Source: Monocercomonoides exilis PA203
Lineage: Eukaryota > Protista > Preaxostyla
Assembly (NCBI GenBank): GCA_001643675.2
Contig: LSRY02000018.1
Location: 186,001 to 250,000 of the forward strand
Direction of reading: 5' to 3'
DNA length: 64,000 nt
In this document: in pieces, positions 46,140 through 60,076 of the stretch
Numbering within the stretch: position 1 is the stretch's first letter
Layout of the letters: every line of letters begins with the position of its first letter
Translations under genes and position numbers: made by a program
Notes under the pieces: model-generated
The model's database searches: none
The model's input: only the letters and a program-made list of their open reading frames with translations
Told to the model about the DNA's origin: nothing

Positions 46140-48489
46140 ATATTGAGCAATATTTGGATTGTGCACGATTCTTTTATGCAGAAACTCAAAGAGCTTTGCC
46201 AAAGAAGCTGATTGAAAAATTGTCAAGTTTTCTTTCTTCCCAATCTCCGAATTGCGAGAAATATCCTTTTAAACTTTTGCGAAGGGCAATCGTGGAATGT
46301 AACAATAAGCAAAAGGAGCTTCAGTTGCTTCTCAATGGATTGGTGTGCGTACTGAAGCACTGCTACAGTTTGACGAAATTTAGACGTGATGATCCTGCAT
46401 TCGAAATTCTTTTAAACCTTGACTTTCCCAAGTTGATTGAGGATATGTTAATATATTTTTTCAATTTGCCGCAGAAATCATTTAACGAAGCTGTTCCTGT
46501 TATTGAGCTTCTGTTTCGTGTTGTTGCATATGGAAGGATTTTCAGCGAAATGAGAGTAGGCGCACAAGAGCAGATTGTTTTATTCAATTTGGACAAAGCA
46601 TTACCGGAAAAGCAAAACGAGGAAAAATTGATACTGGCAGATGAATGTTTGTTCCATTTATTTGCAATGAATTCGGAACCTTGGTCTTATCAGAGATTAT
46701 TGAGTTTGCACAATGAAAATAGTTGCTTTTTTTCTTCTTATTTTACATTTTTTGTTCTTCATATACTTATACAGGTCGAATTTTGTTGGACAACAAAAAA
46801 ATTTTGAAAAAGCGAATATTTCACGTTCTCAAGCAGCATGGCGAAAGCAAAAGCGAAAGACTGAGCTTGTCGGGGTTTTCAAAAGGGATGCTATTGAGGT
46901 TGGTGTTGTGCTTGGACAATGCGATTCGAAAGAAAGACAAAGAAGAACACATTGACCAGGAGCAAGAGGGATATGATGCGTTAGCGCACGACTGGTGTAA
47001 TTGGAGGGTAAAGAAAAGTTTTCTTGACGGGTTGTATGGCTCAAAATCTCCGTACATTGAGGATGAAGAAGCATTTGGAGATGTTGCATTTGATACAGCC
47101 TGTGACGCGCTTTGCTGTTGGCGCGAATGTGTTTGTGGTGATGGAAAAGAGTGCATTTGCATCAGAAATGAAAAAGTGAGAGAGGCAGTGAACATGAAAT
47201 GGGGAAAGGTGTGGCGTGACGTTCATAAAATGATGAAGGACACTGCGATGAAGACGCTCGAACTGTGCTGCTTTGGGAAGAAATATCTCGGAGAGAGAAG
47301 AGACATCGCAGACGAAGAGAGCAAAGTGGAAAACTTGAAAAGGAAGAGACGGTCAAGATTTTTGAATCTTTTTTACAACACCGAGATGATTCGCAGCATT
47401 GTTGTAGTTACGCACATTAATCAAAACCAAGATAATGATGAAAGGGCAATGAAGCTTCTTTTTGCTATAATTCGTACAGGATGTAACGAAGGAAGAAGCA
47501 AAGTGAGGGATATGCTTTCTGGAGTTGTGTCAACCATTTGCGAGCTTCTGATGAGAGGGAAATATAGCAGAGATTACAAATATCGGACATGGCTGTGTTT
47601 TGTAGGGGATATGATACAAACAGCAATCACTCGGCCTTGTTTTAGGTTCATGCAGAAACCGTTGTATGGATTCTTTGGAAGGATTAGCCCTGTATTCTTT
47701 CAAGCGGACATTTCTGCGCTTCGAGATATGCTTGAAGAAGAAGGGTACGGAGACCTGTTGAACGCAATTTCTATTTCGAAGTACCGCACGCAACCGCCAC
47801 TTACAGAGGTCCCATTTTTGTGGTACGAACTGATTAGTAACTTTGTCACACTAACTCGCAGCGAGGCTCTCTCATTGCACAATCGCACTGTTGTGAGGGG
47901 GAGGTATGCGAACGAAGATTTCCTTGGGCAATCAAATTCGTTGTATTTCTATAACAGAAAAATGAAATATGAAGTATTGGATCCTGATTCATCAGCTCAC
48001 AGCGATTCATCTTCATTTTCCGAGTTGGAGATGTCATTTGACGAAAGTGACAGCTCCATCTTTCATGATTGGTATTATTATTTCAATACCCATTCAGAAA
48101 CGATATTGTTCAATGAAGACGAAGAGATCAGATGGGTGCAGGAGCCAGATGGGTCGTGGAAAAAGAAAATGGAAAGGGTGATTCCCTTTTTTGATTGTAA
48201 TTACTCGAGCAGATTTTTCAGTCACAAACGAAAATATCGGGCAAAGCACAAGTGGAGAAGGGTGCAGACGAACAGAATGAGGAAGAGAAACAAAGGAAAA
48301 GTGCTGAAAAAGATGAAGAAGGAAGAAGGATTTCGAGAAATAGGGAAGAAAAGAAAGCAGAGAAGAGACGATGCGAAATATGAGATGAGAACGGAAATGT
48401 GGGAACATGCACTTCATGAGCTTTCAGATGAAGAACACCCAACTGATCCATATGAGTTTTCTGAAGAAGAAGAAGAAGTAGTAGTGTGA
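46140..48489 (+). CDS. Hypothetical protein (>750 aa); further 5' exons likely at ~45540-46084
   Basis: ORFs 46154-46807 and 46723-48489 are joined in frame by a GT-AG intron at 46722-46774; AG acceptor at 46139. Confidence 0.65.
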
Positions 48490-49210
48490 AAAGGAGGAAG
48501 AGAACGAAGATCTTGAGAACAGTTATCAATAAAAACAAAAGCGGATATGCAGAAGAGAGCTTGTGAATGATGCAAAAAGAAATTAACTCATTTATTTTGA
48601 CTGGTTTGATATGTGAAATCAATTGAAGAGCAACGCATTATTTGTATAAAATTTCAACATTGTTAATTATTTCGGGTGTAAAGAGATTAATATTTGCGTA
48701 AGTTATTGTTTACATTTATGAGTCATAGCTGATATTTTGAAGGTTTTTTATTAATATGTTTTTTTCTTTGTTATTTCATTAGTTTTTAATGGAATTCTGA
48801 AAATGATGGAGAAGTTGCTTTATGTTTCTGTGTCTGTTAATTATTTATTGTTTCTCTTTGTTATTCACATATTTTTGTTTATCGTTTTCCATTGGCTTTG
48901 TATGTTAATCATTCGAACATCATGTATTTTGTTCTATTTTTGAAATTTTCCATTATTTTTGCATGAAAAACAGATTGTAATTAATCTTGCATTATCGATT
49001 GATTTTTTTCAAAATTCGGAAAAACAATATGAAAGGTTTTCCGCATTTTGAATTCGTTGTAATGAAAGTTGCGATAACGTTGAAGTGAGTTTTCGTGAGA
49101 ACTTGTTCATTCATGACGAGAAATAAATGTTACAAAACTTTTACTGAAGATCTTTGCTCAATTCAACATGATTATCAACCGAATAATTATTTTATTAATT
49201 AAATAATTAG

Positions 49211-50134
49211 GTGATTATTTTTGAAATCATATTTTTTCATTCAAAAATTCTGGTCCGAGATTTTTGATTGAATATTAACTAAAAAACACTGAGAAGTGAA
49301 AATACTAATTAAAAATATTTTCATCTTCATTTCAGTTTGAACATTTGTTTTTGAAATGGTTTTCATGAATTTTATCAATAAAATACTAAATCTCCATTCA
49401 ATGACAAACAACCTTTGAAAAATCAACATCACGAAAAAAGTTATGTTTTCAATTATTATCACCCACTTTGTTACAGTTAACCTAAAAATGAGTCATATTT
49501 GTTTCTTCATTATTCGATAAATAAATTTCGACTGTTTATTTGAAAAGTTTGAAAAATGATGAACTCTTCAAAAACAACGTAAAAAAAACTTTTTCAGTTT
49601 ATTTTGCACAAATTCATTTCATTTTTTATCTAATAATTGACATTCATCTTTTATTTCATAAAAAAAAAGTGGATTTTTTTGTTTTGAACAAAATATTGAT
49701 TTATGATGCAAAACACAATAAAAAAACAAAATTTTAATAAAATATTGTCAAAATAAAAAAAAAAAATAGTCAACAATGAACCACACTTTTGATAAAAAAG
49801 TTCCTGAATATCGTTTTTAGTTAATATTCTTGACAATAAATCAAAAAGATCTAGGTTTTGATTTAACTATTTTATTTATTGTGTGATAATAATTGAAAAC
49901 ATAACTTTTTTCGTGATGTTGATTTTTCAAAGGTTGTTTGTCATTGAATGGAGATTTAGTATTTTATTGATAAAATTCATGAAAACCATTTCAAAAACAA
50001 ATGTTCAAACTGAAATGAAGATGAAAATATTTTTAATTAGTATTTTCACTTCTCAGTGTTTTTTAGTTAATATTCAATCAAAAATCTCGGACAAGAATTT
50101 TTGAATGAAAAAATATAAGTTCAAAAATAATCAC
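49211..50134. repeat. 252-bp inverted repeat (49211-49462 / 49883-50134) with a 420-bp spacer; MITE-like units
   Basis: Arms near-identical (coordinates sum to 99345); each arm is bounded by GTGAT...ATCAC. Confidence 0.9.
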
Positions 50135-51529
50135 ACAAGTTTCGCTGTAATTTTTGAAAACATAACTTTTTTCGGGGTGTGAACAATTATAAAAATTTTT
50201 TAATTCGAGAAAAGGATTATTATTGAAATGTTTTATTTATTTTATTGAATCAAAAAACATCCTTTGATGTGAAAGAAAGACAGAAATAATTTGTGTTGAA
50301 GTTATTTCTTATCTATATTCATTGATATAAAATCATAATTAAAAATGAAAATTGAAATTTTTCTTAGAAAAAAATTAATTTTAAAAATAATCACACATAT
50401 GGAAATTTTTTGCAAATGATGAAATATTTTTATTTTGTTGAAAAATTCTTATATATTGCATTTTATTATTTGTGATTCGTCGTATCTTAACCTAATACAT
50501 ACAACTTGATTTAATCTATTTGCAAAAGTGTATTGAAGACAACAATGGATTTCATATCAATTAACAAAAGCATTTTGCAATCAAAAACTTTGAATTTTTT
50601 TTATTTGAAAAAATAACTTCAAAATATTCAATTTGATATATTAAAGTTTTAAAATTGTCTAAAAATGCTTTCCGAAGGTATTTTTTTTTTAAAAAGATAA
50701 ATAAACAATTAACATTTTTCAAAATAAATGAATTTGATGTTCAAACAATTATCTCCCATTAAACTTTTGTAATAAAGGTTTAAAATGGGACAGTATTTCG
50801 CTCTTTCTGACTTTTGTTCCACCCATAATGTTACGCCTAATGAATGGAAATAAATAAATAAATATAGAAAAAAATCAATTAATTTATTATAAAGAAAACC
50901 TAAAAAACAAATACAAAAAAAAATGAAATAAAAACCGAAAATGAAAAAAAAGAAAATTTTTTGATCAGAAAAAAAAACTATTCATTATAATGATAAATAT
51001 TAAAGTATATTCACTTGGTTTTGGCATGATGTGAAATTATTCACACATATTTTTTTATCCGGTCCATTTTTTGAAAGTCTCCTGGGAAACTGAATCTGGA
51101 CCCAAGGCCTGCAAATTTTTATCCAAATAATATTTGAAAAAAAATAGGAAGGATTCAGTTTAGTCCTTTAACTGAAAAAAACAGTTATCATTGGATAAGC
51201 AAGACTTCAAAAAATGGACTTTATAAAAAAAAGTAATATATATTTAGAAATCTTCCTCCATTGTGGAGTTGCCGTCTATTGCTGAATTTGAATTAATAAA
51301 AATATGTCAAAATTTTTTTGAAAAGTTCCTTTTGTTTAATTTTCAAATAAAGAAAAAATTTCATATTTCGATAAAATTTCTGTTTCAACTCACCATATTA
51401 TGCTGTCATGAAGACACAATCTTGACAATGTTATTGTTTTATTTAAAGTGAAGTTTCGTAAGTGGGAACAGAAATTTGATCAAAATATAAAATTTTTTCT
51501 TTATTTGAAAATAAAACAAAAGGAACTTT

Positions 51530-53428
51530 TCAAAAAAATTTTGACATATAAGACAAATTTGAAGAATTATCATGACCTTCAGTGCTATCTAAATTAAAAG
51601 AATTGAAATGTGTATTATTATTTATGGTTTGAAAATGAATAGAGCAATTCTTTGGAGAAATGTTTGTTTCTTGCATACCTAACATACCTGATTCGCTTTC
51701 AATGGAGCAGTTTGAATCTTCACCTTTAAATGAGTCATCAGAAAAAAAAGTATTATTAAATAATGTTGAATCATAGTTAAAAGCTTTCAAATAATTCATT
51801 CTATCCTTTATTGTTTTCTTCACGCTTTTTCCAATACTTTTATCCATTTCAATATTAAAAGAATTTTCGGTCTTTCCATTACCTAAATAAACTTTCCTAT
51901 CCTTTTCGGTTTTTCTTTTTCTTTCTCTATAATTTATTTCTGCATAATTCTGAGAATCAATACTGCTGAGAGGAGAAGACAATATTTTTCCATTTTTCTT
52001 TGTGAAAAATAAAAATTTCTTCATTCCAGAGATGATTAATTCACTCCAGATACTGTCTGCTTCTATTTCATGTCTTTCAGATTTATTAAGATATATCAAA
52101 TTTAATATTTAAATAAAGATTTTGTTTTATTGGACAAAATAATGTTGATCAAATTAAATAAAAAAAAATATAACAAACTTTAAAAAAATATGTTTCGTTT
52201 CATTTTCTCTTTGTCCGTTGGTATTGAAAGACAAATCAGGAGTAATTGTTGGATTATCTTGTTCATTCATTGTTATCTGTGTATCACTATCAGAAATAGA
52301 AATATTATCAATATTAAAATTAATAAAATTATTAACATAATATTTTGAATTGCAATTAGAATCGAAAAAATTAATTAAATCATCAATCGTCAATAAAACA
52401 TTATCATTTAATTTATTATTAATTAAACGAGTTAAATGCCCAAATTCACTATCGCACTCACTTTTCCCGTTGTGCTGTGCGAAAAATGACAAAGAACAAA
52501 TTTTATTGAAAAAAATTGGAGATGAATTAGATAATAAAAAGTGCAATATATGTGAGTTCCTAAAATGGGGACCATTATCACAAAAGAAATGAAAAGAAGA
52601 AACAACATTGAAAACATCGAATTTTAATAATTGCTTGAAAGATTCCAACACAAATCGAAAATCATGAGATAAAATTTCTGAAAAGAAATTAAACCAAAAT
52701 TTTTCAAGTTTTAATAATTTATTAACTTTAAAAACAACAAAACACAAGTGTGAAATTTGTTTTTTTTCATAAAAATTTTTACAAGTTTCGTTTCTTGTAA
52801 TGGGCAAAGCCCAATTCTCTTTGAAGTCCATTATGATGGATACTTCATTTTGTTTCATATTATTTTTCACGTGATAAAAATAATCACGCTGGCATTTTGT
52901 CATTTTTCTATGGTTTTCAATTAATTCTATTTCTTCTTTTTCTTCATCATTTAATTTCTTATTCTTTTTCATTAATTCTTTTTCTTTCTTCTCCAAAAAA
53001 TTCCCTCTCTCACAAATATCACAAAGATCAGTCCTTTTCTTGGCTTTCTTGAAATTCTTGGTTTTTTTACAAAACGTAGAATAAGCCATTTTGATTTCCA
53101 ATTCATTCGTCATTTCAAAATATAAATTCTTTTTTGTTTTTTCAATCAGTCTTTTCTCTGTCGGAGAAAAAACTGTTTCTTTTTTTTTATCTTTTAACAT
53201 TTTCTTTTCGTTTTTCTTTTCAAATTTTGATCGAGAGGAAGTTTTGACGACTTCTTTTCGATCAACATCAACTTCATGTTGATTTTTCAAATTCGCATCA
53301 TTTTCACGAACGGAAGAAATAATGCAAGACTGGGATTCGTTCGAATCGTCGTGCAGATGGTTTTTTTTCACAGCTGAAATAGTAAATACAAAAGAGTTTT
53401 TGATCAAAGTTGGTGAATAAAAAAACAA
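51530..53428 (-). mobile_element. Sola-like (D-D-D triad) DNA transposase with probable introns; locus probably extends ~51010-54140
   Basis: DLCDIC...H Cys/His motif; IMDFKENW (D at ~52827), SEILSHD, FCDNGPHFRN (D at ~52578), FFAQHNGKSECDSEFG (D at ~52452). Confidence 0.7.
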
Positions 53429-56400
53429 TATTGATTTTATTCCAAATTGTTCAGAAAAATGAAAATGAGCATACGTTTTTTTCGTTTTCTTCCGTTTTCA
53501 CAGCTACAAGAACTGTGGCACAACATCCAGGATTCTGCCATATTAAATTGGCTTGCTTTATTTGATTTCAGAAAAAAACAAGAAAACTATCGTTAACGAA
53601 AAAATAGAAAAGACAAACATTTCAAATTGGAGCAATTATCCTTTTTTTGTTTTTTTGAAGAAACTGTTTTTTCCGCTAAAAAATCTTTCCAAGCTTTTTG
53701 GGAGTAATAGAATTCACTTTTTGTAACATTCCAATCACTCTTCTCCAGTTTTCCCATGGGGAAAATGTTTGACACACAACCGAGAACCAAAACCCTTTCA
53801 TGCCTATTCAGCACAGAAAGTACATGCGAAAGATTTTCTAGAAGTTTGTTTATTTTTGCTTTTTAATAACATCAGAAACATTAATAAATCCAGATTAACA
53901 AAGAAGTTATTTTGCAATTATTATTAAACAATTTGAATTAGTGTTCATACTATTGTAATTGCTTTCAATTACTTCCCGAAAGGATTTTCCAGGTTTGCTA
54001 TGATGGATGAAGTGAATTTAGCATCCTTCCGGGTCCTCCGAATCCATGTCGTTCAAAGCTTTTGACAGCTGTGCGGCATGCCTGCTTTTTGTTGAGCGAG
54101 GCCTGTCGGAATACACGTTTTTTTTATTAGTATTTATCATGTATTTATAATGGTATATTTCAAATTAAATAATATTCAAATGTATTATCTTGAAATATTC
54201 TAAAATTTTTGAGAGAGTGAACACAATGGAAAACAAATGAAATGCAAAGAATAACTGGGTTAGAAATACTCTATATAACGAAAGTCACATATTTCACACT
54301 GAGAGGCAGAGCATTTATCAGAATTAAACAGTGATTGTTATGTTATCATTTTTGATGAATAATCTCATTCAACACAGCCTTTGAAAGATAATTATGCAAA
54401 CAATATTCAACAGCAATCCACCATTTTTATTATCCCATTCTATCACTTCACAAAAATCTCCTTTTGCATTGTTATTTTCAACCTTCTTTTTTTTCTTATC
54501 GATGTCTTTTGAACCATCAAACACTCACTCATGCATAGTTACAAACAACAAGGAACAATTCTAATAGAAGATCTTCAATCGAAAAGAATGATAAATTAAC
54601 AATAAGCTATTAAAATTTAAACATCCATCAATAACAGATTGAATCTTCAAAAAAATATTGTCTTTGTTTCAAAACATTGATGATAAGAATCTTTATCAAT
54701 TATCAACAGATATAATTGGACAAACACACAACAAAACATGTTAATTTCATAGTTCCTCATGGATAACAGATTCGAATGATCATTTGACCTGGATAAGTCT
54801 GTTGAAATCTTGATAGATATCATTCAGTGGTATTTTTCTGAAAAATAATTGACCAATGAATAAAGAAAAATTGATTATGAAAAAATTTCTATCGGAGAAA
54901 ATCAAACACACAGACCAGTTATTGAGTTGCTTTAATGAACGACTGTTTATAAGTGCTTTCTTTTTTTTTTGCAACATTGATTAAAGGAGTGAGAATTGAT
55001 TCAAACAATTTTGGACTCCAACAATCATTACTCATTTGTCTTTGTGTTCGAATAATGCTTGCAATGTTAATAAACATGATTGTGGATTTTCAAAGAAAGA
55101 TTGAGCCCGTCCAAATATATCTTCAGAAAATGTTTCATTACACTATTTGAGTATCTCTTTATTATTTTTATACAGAAGCTTCATAAATAGCTTTTGCTTC
55201 ATTTTCAGCTGTCGAAAAAAATATCCAAGTGAACTTTAAATGAGAGTTACAGAGGAGAGGTGACTTTCACAGTATTCATTATTAACTTTCTTTATCAAGT
55301 GAAATTTAAATTGCCGAGGAAACCAAAAATCTTGATATGTCCGAAAGAAGCATTAAAATAATTTGTGAAGTGAGAGCTTCAAGAAGTATCTGAATCTCCG
55401 TCTTTTCTGTTGAAGGTGGCCTTTGCTGTTTTTTCCTTATGAAAAAAAATCATATCTTCAGAATACAAGTTATAAAACAATCAGAGCATTGAGTATTGAT
55501 TTTCTGTATCTCTGCAAGTTTGCTATCCATGAACAAGTTCATTTCTTTTGTCAATCAAAGTTAATTCTCAGAAGAAATTTTATTTAATTGTCCATAAACT
55601 TAAGAAGCATCTGTCAAAACATTCTCAACAAACATCCTATAATCGACAATTAATAATTTTCTTGTGATAATGAAATGTTCTTGTTTTCTGTCTCCATCTT
55701 TTTTATATCAAGTCAAAATTTTAAAAGCACATGATCGTTTTTCTATTTTCGTTATTTTTTTGATGTTATATAATGAATAAATAAAAACATGATAGAAAAT
55801 GTTATAAGTGAGCTCTTGACTTTTTTGTTTCTTTTTCTTTTTGTTTGAATATCAATCAAAATGACTTTTTAACTATTGAACAAATAAAAAGATATAGAAC
55901 AGTTTATAATGCTTGTTAGATGTGAGTTATGTAAAAAACCTAGTCAACAAAAAGCAATTGTTGGGATAAGTTTGTAAAAGGAAAATGAAAACAGAAATAA
56001 ACACAAACGTTCTCAGCTGCGCGATACAAAAACAACTATGAAAAATACTTGGAAAATGGATTCAACATGAAAGACAGACGTTGTGACTGTTTCATTCAAT
56101 GAAAATAACACATCTCTATATTCAATTTATTTGTCAGTTTCTATAATATGCAGTTTCCTTCAATTGCAGACAAATAAAGTTTAAACTTCAATTGCTTCCT
56201 AGGTGATGGTTCAACATGTCTTTTCTGTATATTCGTATTTCTGCATTAACAAATTGACACTTTTCATTTTCTTTGAAAGTTTATTTCAGCTATATCCTTG
56301 AATATTGAATTCTTTTATTAACTGACGATCAAAAAAATATAATGGATGCATGTTCAAAAAATAGAATTCATTAAAATGACATACACATCAATTAATGAAA

Positions 56401-56471
56401 GTTGTTCGTGTATGGAACAAATCGATGTTTTTTTCACAAAATTAAAAATTATGCCCCAAATATGAAGTGGA

Positions 56472-56623
56472 TTACTTTTGGTCCATCTGTGAACAAACAA
56501 AGAAACGCAAAATGTCATTCACCGAAATAATGCCTGCATCATTTAAGTTAAAAAATAATAATATAACAAAATTATGCAATAAATGAATAAATGAATGAAT
56601 GAATGAATGAATGAATGAATGAA

Positions 56624-56694
<71 letters not shown>

Positions 56695-58317
56695 ATTTAT
56701 CAATTTTTTAAAATCCTTTCACAAAACAATATATTCTTCTCTTTCATTTTGATTTTTCATTTTTCATTTTTTCTTTCACTTTCTTCTCCTTCCCTTCATT
56801 CCCACAACAATCAAAAAAACCATACCATCAAGGCGATTCTGGCTGTCAACCACAATCAATCTGTGGATGTTGTGCTTTGCCAGCTTTCCCAGAACAGACT
56901 TCAGAGGCTCATCCCTTGAGCAGCAGTGCACAACAGAGCAGAGCTCCGCACAGGCAGAAGGAGAGGAAGAAGGAGAAGAGGAAGGAGAAGGAGAAGGAGA
57001 AGGAGAAGGAGATGAAGAAAGAGAAGAAGAAGAACAAGAGGAAATGGAAGAGGAAGAAGAAGAAGGAGCAGGAGAGGAAGAAGAAGAGGAAGATGCAATT
57101 GAGAGAACAGAAGGAGACACTGAGTTGTTGAGAATGGAGGGAGAAGAAGAGGAAGAAGAGGAAGAAGAAGAGGAAGAAGATTGCGTTGGAGGAGGAGAAG
57201 AGGGAGGAGAGCCATACCATGAAGACAGAGTGAGTGAAAAAGTTGGTTGTGAAGAGGAAGAAGGAGGAGAAATAGAAGAAGGAAATGAAGAAGAAGAAGA
57301 AGAAGATGATGATGATGTTGAAGGAGAAGAAGACGATGAAGGGCAAGTCATTGATGAAGCAATTGGCACAAAGTTCACGCTGATTGCTTCACTTGCAACT
57401 GGAGAAGAAGCATTCAGTTTGTCAGCAGATGATTGAGAAGATGAAGTGTTGTCTTGAATGTGTTGTGTTTCTGTTTGAGAAGCTGAGGAAGAAAAGTCAG
57501 AGAGAAGTGATTCGTTGTTTGTGGGGATGGAGGAGGAAGAATTAGGGTGAGATGGAGAAAGGGAAGAAATAGGAGAAATGGGAGAAGAAGAAGAAGATGT
57601 TGAAGAAGATGTTGAAGAAGAAGAAGAGGAGGAGGAGGAAGAGGAAGATTGAAACGAAGAAGAAATAGATTGAAAAGCTGCTGATGCTTCTCCTTCTGAA
57701 GCACTGAATGATTTCTCTTTTGTTTCTGATGAAATTTCTGGCTGTTGCTTTTTCGGCTTTTCAGGAGGTACATCAGAAGAAGAAACGAGCAAAAATTGTT
57801 GAGAATCAGAAGGAGGAGATGAAATGAATGAGAAAGTTTTTGAGATGGAAGAAGAAATTGAAGGGGAAGGAGAAAGAGAAGGAGAAAGAGAAGGAGAAAG
57901 AGAAGGAGAAAGAGAAGGAGAAGGAAGAGAAACTGAGGTGGATGCGGATGCGGATGTGGTGGTGGTGGTGGAGGTGGAGGGAGAATCAGAAGGATTAGAA
58001 GAAGTGATAGAAGGAGAAGGAGAAGGAGAAGAAGATGATGAAGTGGAAGAAGAAAGATTGGAAGATGAAGAAGAATTAGAAGAATTGGTAGGATTTGAAG
58101 GATTATTTGAAGAAGAGCGAAGTGAAAATGTATTTGAGACTTGAGAGACTGCAGATGCAAAAGGAACAGGAGATGAAATGGAGAGAGAAGATTTCTGGAT
58201 GGCTGCTTTGTGAAGACGACGGCGTTCGCTCTGAAAATAAAATAAAATAAAATAAAGAATAATACAGATGAAGAGATGAATAGATGAATGAATAAAAGAA
58301 CGAAATGAAATGTGAAA

Positions 58318-58356
<39 letters not shown>

Positions 58357-59891
58357 AATGCGAAATTACAAAAAGTTTAAAAAGAAATAAATAAAAATCC
58401 AAATTCAAACAATTCCATAAAAAAGAGGAGAGAAAAAGAAAAAGAGCTTATTTATATCAAACATTCTTAATAAATCTGTCTTTCAGTGTTAATTCCACTG
58501 GGTTTAAGAATGTGGCATAAAGTGTATCCAATGACATGTAACGGACATCACTCATCGAATACAGACCAACCACAACATCTGTTATTTCAAAAAAAAGTAT
58601 TAGAAAAGTTATTTTCGAAAGAAATAAAGAAGAATATCATAAAAAAATAGTTAAAAAAAGAAAGAAAGAAAGAAAAGAAAGACTAATATTCTACAATAAT
58701 TCACATGATCCGCCTCCATCCTCCTTCTTCTTCTCCTCTTCCTCCACTTTATCCCCCTCTTTCAATCACACACTGTTTTCATTCACCAGCGGAATAGCCG
58801 AAATGGAAGAGAGAGAAAGCTGTCTCAACACATCGATTGTTCTGTGACGAAGCGTCATCGACACAACGGTCGAATACGAACCAAGATTCAGCTCTCGCAG
58901 CGTCCGGTCCAGCAAAGGCGTTTGGATTTGCCACTGTTGTTTATTTGTGTTTATTTGCGTTCATTTTTGTTTTGTTTTGTTTGTTTTTTTTATGGATAAA
59001 AGGATGATGGGGAAATATATGAAGAATGAGCCAAACATTACAAAGAAAGAAAGAAAGAAAGAAAGAAATACGCAGACAGGAAATTTTGTGGGAAAAAAAA
59101 AGAAAGAAAGAACAATGTAAAAACAAAACTTTTATTTTGAAATAAAAGTTTCATACTTTTGACACAAAATATCGCAGAATTCTTGCATGAGTCAATATAT
59201 GAAGAACAGTGTTCGTAGCAGGATCAAAAAGAGGGCATCTGTGGACTTTATGCTGCAACAGCACTTCAATTGTGTTAAACAATGATGCATCATAATGGCA
59301 CACAATAAATGGAGGCCGTGCTAAAAAATTAGCGATGAATTTAAAATTTTTAAGCTGAACTCAGAAAAAATCAATTTTAATAAATTCAAACAAATGGAAA
59401 TATTTTGATGCAATTTTGATGGCTCTTTTCCCCTTTCTGCTAAAAGGATGGCTTTTCGCTTCTTTTTCTTCATCTGCCTCCATTCACGAATAGTAATCGT
59501 GCGAAGTGATTTTTCCAAAGTAACTTCATCCATTTCATCAAATAAATGCAAAAACATTTCTATGAAGTCGGTCACTGTAAGCATCCCTATGAATTCTAAT
59601 CTTTCGTTGTCCCAAAGAGGAGCTGAAGTGACTCCTATCCATCAGCAACCAGCAAAGAAAAGAGTAAAAAGAAAGGAATAATAACATGTTCAAACCGTTT
59701 TCCTGCAATGCATGAAACGCTTGGCTTATAGTAAGACTGACATCGATTATTATTACCTTCCCACTTTCTGGAACAAGTTCATAAGCTGTATGAGACTTTA
59801 AAAAATCCTGAATTGGTATTAATTCATTTTTAATATCTGCATTAAGCATATTATTTTCGGTTTCTTGATTGCTTTTACTTTCATCTCGCAT
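56472..59891 (-). CDS. SNF4: AMPK/SNF1 gamma subunit (4 CBS domains), multi-exon, with a large Ser/Pro-rich insert
   Basis: FLKSHTAYELVPESGKVIIID..AFHALQENG; SAPLWD..FIGMLTVTDFI; KVHRCPLFD..VLHILTHARILRY; ISAIPLVN; IHRLIVVDSQNRLDG|IISVNDILRFF; last intron 56534-56825; TAA at 56472-56474. Confidence 0.9.
56578..56695. repeat. Compound (AATG)n(AATA)n intronic microsatellite
   Basis: Direct reading; a similar (AATA)n tract lies at ~58315-58355. Confidence 0.9.
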
Positions 59892-60076
59892 AGCAAGATT
59901 GTTATTTTCAACAATTTTCTAAAAGAAATAAAAATATAAATTCTTATGGTTATAATATTTCTTTCATAGTGTTCAATAACATTCAAAAGTATTATATTTA
60001 TGCAAAAATGTTATTATTTGAAGAAACCCATTTTTGTAGTTGAAAAAGTCTGGAATATGGTTATAAGATCTAAGAA

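Noticed and set aside
49241-50104. Twin 73-aa ORFs (49241-49462 -, 49883-50104 +)
   Set aside because: GTG starts, AT-rich, and coincide exactly with the inverted-repeat arms
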